From: Streptosporangiaceae bacterium
Lineage (GTDB): Bacteria > Actinomycetota > Actinomycetes > Streptosporangiales > Streptosporangiaceae
Direction of reading: 5' to 3'
Length of the DNA stretch: 53,746 nt
Assembly: GCA_030040155.1 (NCBI GenBank)
Contig: JASHUG010000379.1
Coordinates: 1-53,746, forward strand
The notes under the pieces were generated by a model. It was not told where the DNA came from. It searched no databases and worked only from the letters and a program-made list of their open reading frames with translations. Below are positions 51,616 through 53,746 of this stretch, one piece after another. Numbering within the stretch: the first letter of the stretch is position 1; the number at the start of each line of letters is the position of its first letter. The position numbers and the translations under genes are program-made.

Positions 51616-52626
51616 TTGTTGCGCAATAGCTGGATGGCGCCTGTGATCGCGGCCGTCGCTGGCCTGGCAATCGTCACATCAGGGCAGACGGCGGCCGCCG
51701 CCAGCGGGTCGGGCCTGCGGGTCGTGCACACCATAAGGCTGACGCACGCGAACGCGCTGAGCGCATTTGCCGAGGCGCCGAATGGCGCGGTTTACTACTC
51801 GGCCGGTGGCACCGTTTACGTGGTCAACGGCAACGCCGCACCCGTTCCGGCAACTGCCCTGAGCACGGCCGTCAACGCGCTCGCAGCCAACAACACCGAC
51901 TTCTTCGTGCAGACCGGCCTGACCGTTTACGAGTTCAGCAGGAAAACCGACGCCTACGCCGGCCATACCTGGACGCTGTCGAGTCCGCGCAAGCCGATCA
52001 CATCGGCAGGCCTGCTCGCCTCGGGCGGCACGCTGTGGTCGTGGACCGACTGGGCCAACGACCAGAGCGGCTTCCAGTTCGCGACCGTGAGCGAGATCAG
52101 CACTTCATCGACCAAGGTCAAGGTCATCAGCAAGAGCAACGCCTATCCGGCCGACGTGGCAGCCGGCAGCACCGGGCTGTACTTCCAGATTGTCCGCGCC
52201 AACGGCGCCAACGGGTACATCGTCCGGGCCCCGTCCAGCGGCTCGATCCGCAAGCACGCCGACGTCAACATCGGCGTCCCGTCGGCCCTGGCGGCGGGCA
52301 GGCTGGACCTGCTGTCCGTGCATGGTAACGGCCGCACCTACATTGACAGCTTCAGCGCGTCGACCCTGGCCGCGCTTAACTCCCGGCAGATCTCCAGCGC
52401 GTTTCGCGACATCGCCGGAACTGGCGCCGGCCTCCTGGTCCTCAGGGAGCCATGCAAGGCGCTGACGGACTGCAAATACGCGACCGTGAGCGTGCTGAAC
52501 CCTCGAACGGGCTCGGTCTCCGGCACGGCGCGGGTTGCGCGTGCCTACACCCTGCTACCGGGTCCCGCGCCGGCTGCGCTCACCCTGGTCGGCACCAGCC
52601 TGTACCTGGCCCGCCTGGAGGGCTAG
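51616..52626 (+). CDS. secreted hypothetical protein (beta-rich)
   Basis: Signal peptide MAPVIAAVAGLAIVTSGQTAAAA. 336 aa with good coding bias. Starts at TTG 51616 or ATG 51634. Confidence 0.55.
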   Translation: MLRNSWMAPVIAAVAGLAIVTSGQTAAAASGSGLRVVHTIRLTHANALSAFAEAPNGAVYYSAGGTVYVVNGNAAPVPATALSTAVNALAANNTDFFVQTGLTVYEFSRKTDAYAGHTWTLSSPRKPITSAGLLASGGTLWSWTDWANDQSGFQFATVSEISTSSTKVKVISKSNAYPADVAAGSTGLYFQIVRANGANGYIVRAPSSGSIRKHADVNIGVPSALAAGRLDLLSVHGNGRTYIDSFSASTLAALNSRQISSAFRDIAGTGAGLLVLREPCKALTDCKYATVSVLNPRTGSVSGTARVARAYTLLPGPAPAALTLVGTSLYLARLEG

Positions 52627-52775
52627 CCGTCGGCTCTATCCTGGGCGCGCGGCCGGCTTTTAGAATCAGGTTCTAGGACAGGAACGAGGTGCGTCCGAGC
52701 CCGGTCGGTCCCGCCCGGCCGGCGCTGGTCCGGGCGACAGACCTTACCGTGGCTCGACTGCCGAGAGGACGTTGC

Positions 52776-53746
52776 ATGGCGTGGGACTTCTCGACTGAGC
52801 CCGAATTCCAGGAGCAGCTCGACTGGGTGGCCGAGTTCTGCCGGAACGAGGTTGAACCGCTTGACCTGGTCTTCCCTGGGGCCGCATACTCGCGTAACCC
52901 CAAGGCGAAGGCCCTGGCTGATCCCTTGAAGCAGCAGGTCAAGGACCGGGGCCTGTGGGCTCTTTTCCTGGACAAGGACCTCGGCGGGCCGGGCTTCGGC
53001 CAGCTGAAGCTGGCGCTGCTGAACGAGATCCTCGGCCGGTACCGCTCGGCGCCGGTCGTGTTCGGCACCGCCGCGCCCGACACGGGGAACATGGAGATGC
53101 TCGCGGCCTACGGCACAGCCGAGCAGAAACAGAAGTGGCTCTACCCCCTGATGAGCCAGGAGATCTTCTCCGCGTACTCCATGACCGAGCCGCAGGGCGG
53201 ATCCGACCCGACCATGTTCAAGACCAGGGCGGTCAGGGACGGCGACGAGTGGGTCATCAACGGCGAGAAATGGTTCACCAGCGCCGGGTCGCACGCCGAC
53301 ATCATCTTCGTCATGTGCGTGAACGGCATGTACGTCGTGCCGCGGGACTCGCCGGGTGTGGAGATCATGAGTTACCCCCAGTTGCACAACCACATCCGCT
53401 ACACCGATGTGCGGGTGCCAGTTGGCAACCTGCTCGGCCCCGAGGACGGGGCCAGGGTGCTGGCGCAGCGGCGGCTCGGCGGCGGCCGCATTCACCACGC
53501 CATGCGCACCGTGGCTCAGGTCAAGCTGGCCTTCGACATGATGTGCGAGCGCGCGCTCAGCCGTGAGTCGCACGGCAAGGCGGTCGCCGAGCATCAGATG
53601 GTCCAGGAGGCGATCGCCGACTCCTACGCCGAGCTCAACATGCTCCGCCTGCTGGTGCTGTGGACCGCGTGGACAATCGATAACTCGAGCACCCAGCAGT
53701 CCAGGACCCAGATCGCCGCCTGCAAGTACACGTGCGCCAAGGTGCT
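52776..53746 (+). CDS. acyl-CoA dehydrogenase; C-terminus cut by window edge
   Basis: Absent from the track because there is no stop inside the window. Manual translation from ATG 52776 (RBS GAGAGGA): MAWDFSTEPEFQEQLDWVAEFCRNEVEPLD...YSMTEPQGGSDPTMFKTRAVRDGDEWVINGEKWFTS. These are classic ACAD N-terminal and middle-domain motifs. Confidence 0.85.
   Translation, partial: MAWDFSTEPEFQEQLDWVAEFCRNEVEPLDLVFPGAAYSRNPKAKALADPLKQQVKDRGLWALFLDKDLGGPGFGQLKLALLNEILGRYRSAPVVFGTAAPDTGNMEMLAAYGTAEQKQKWLYPLMSQEIFSAYSMTEPQGGSDPTMFKTRAVRDGDEWVINGEKWFTSAGSHADIIFVMCVNGMYVVPRDSPGVEIMSYPQLHNHIRYTDVRVPVGNLLGPEDGARVLAQRRLGGGRIHHAMRTVAQVKLAFDMMCERALSRESHGKAVAEHQMVQEAIADSYAELNMLRLLVLWTAWTIDNSSTQQSRTQIAACKYTCAKV

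Noticed and set aside
52623-53594. 323-aa minus-strand ORF and the 203-aa plus-strand ORF 52955..53566
   Set aside because: The third plus frame, starting at ATG 52776, gives an unmistakable acyl-CoA dehydrogenase that runs off the window and is therefore missing from the track. The two listed ORFs are its antisense and out-of-frame shadows.
1-53746. tRNA/rRNA genes, transposases, integrases, phage genes, toxin-antitoxin or restriction-modification modules
   Set aside because: Reading both strands, I found no T-loop-like GGTTCGAATCC-type sequences or rRNA-like stretches. No ORF has DDE, tyrosine/serine recombinase, terminase/capsid, or methyltransferase/endonuclease motifs. Absence is judged by eye only and is not a formal search.

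Overview
A 53.7-kb, very GC-rich segment. Third codon positions are almost all G/C, and AT-rich DNA is confined to a few intergenic regions. It looks like accessory chromosomal DNA of an Actinomycetota genome. I support about 55 protein-coding genes on both strands. I recognised no rRNA, tRNA, CRISPR array, transposase or integrase. Many of the longest ORFs in the track are antisense or out-of-frame shadow ORFs typical of high-GC DNA and were discarded. Two real genes run off the window edges and are missing from the track: an LldD-like gene at 1..1210 (-) and an acyl-CoA dehydrogenase at 52776..53746 (+). Content by region: (i) 1-7 kb, miscellaneous metabolism (LldD-like, VOC, MmuM, GT9-like, NmrA-like, TenA, EamA exporter). 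(ii) 7.7-10.8 kb, KDG kinase, PLP deaminase and KDPG aldolase. (iii) Three ECF sigma loci at about 11.7, 24.7 and 32.0 kb, each with a different partner architecture. (iv) 13-21.4 kb, a gallate / protocatechuate-4,5-type meta-cleavage cluster: LigJ-like hydratase, PrpF/GalD-like tautomerase, LigK/GalC-like aldolase, TetR, a hydrolase-cupin fusion, a LigB-type dioxygenase, an amidohydrolase-2 and a MetE-like Zn enzyme. (v) 27.3-33.5 kb, the stand-out locus: a TPR-CHAT caspase-like protease and a cytoplasmic S8 subtilase diverge from an AT-rich region that carries an ECF-type promoter motif, next to an ECF sigma factor and a 147-aa soluble partner. I interpret this as a candidate CRISPR-independent, Craspase-like protease-to-sigma-factor switch. 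(vi) 33.6-53.7 kb: Tat-exported phospholipase C/phosphoesterase, DMT exporters, DsbA-like protein, GDE-type glucosidase with an SCP2 protein, FMN reductase, a sulfotransferase plus a large GT-C-like membrane protein, Lrp/AsnC with an exporter, and several secreted or membrane hypotheticals. All product calls rest on my reading of motifs in the translations; no database search was possible.
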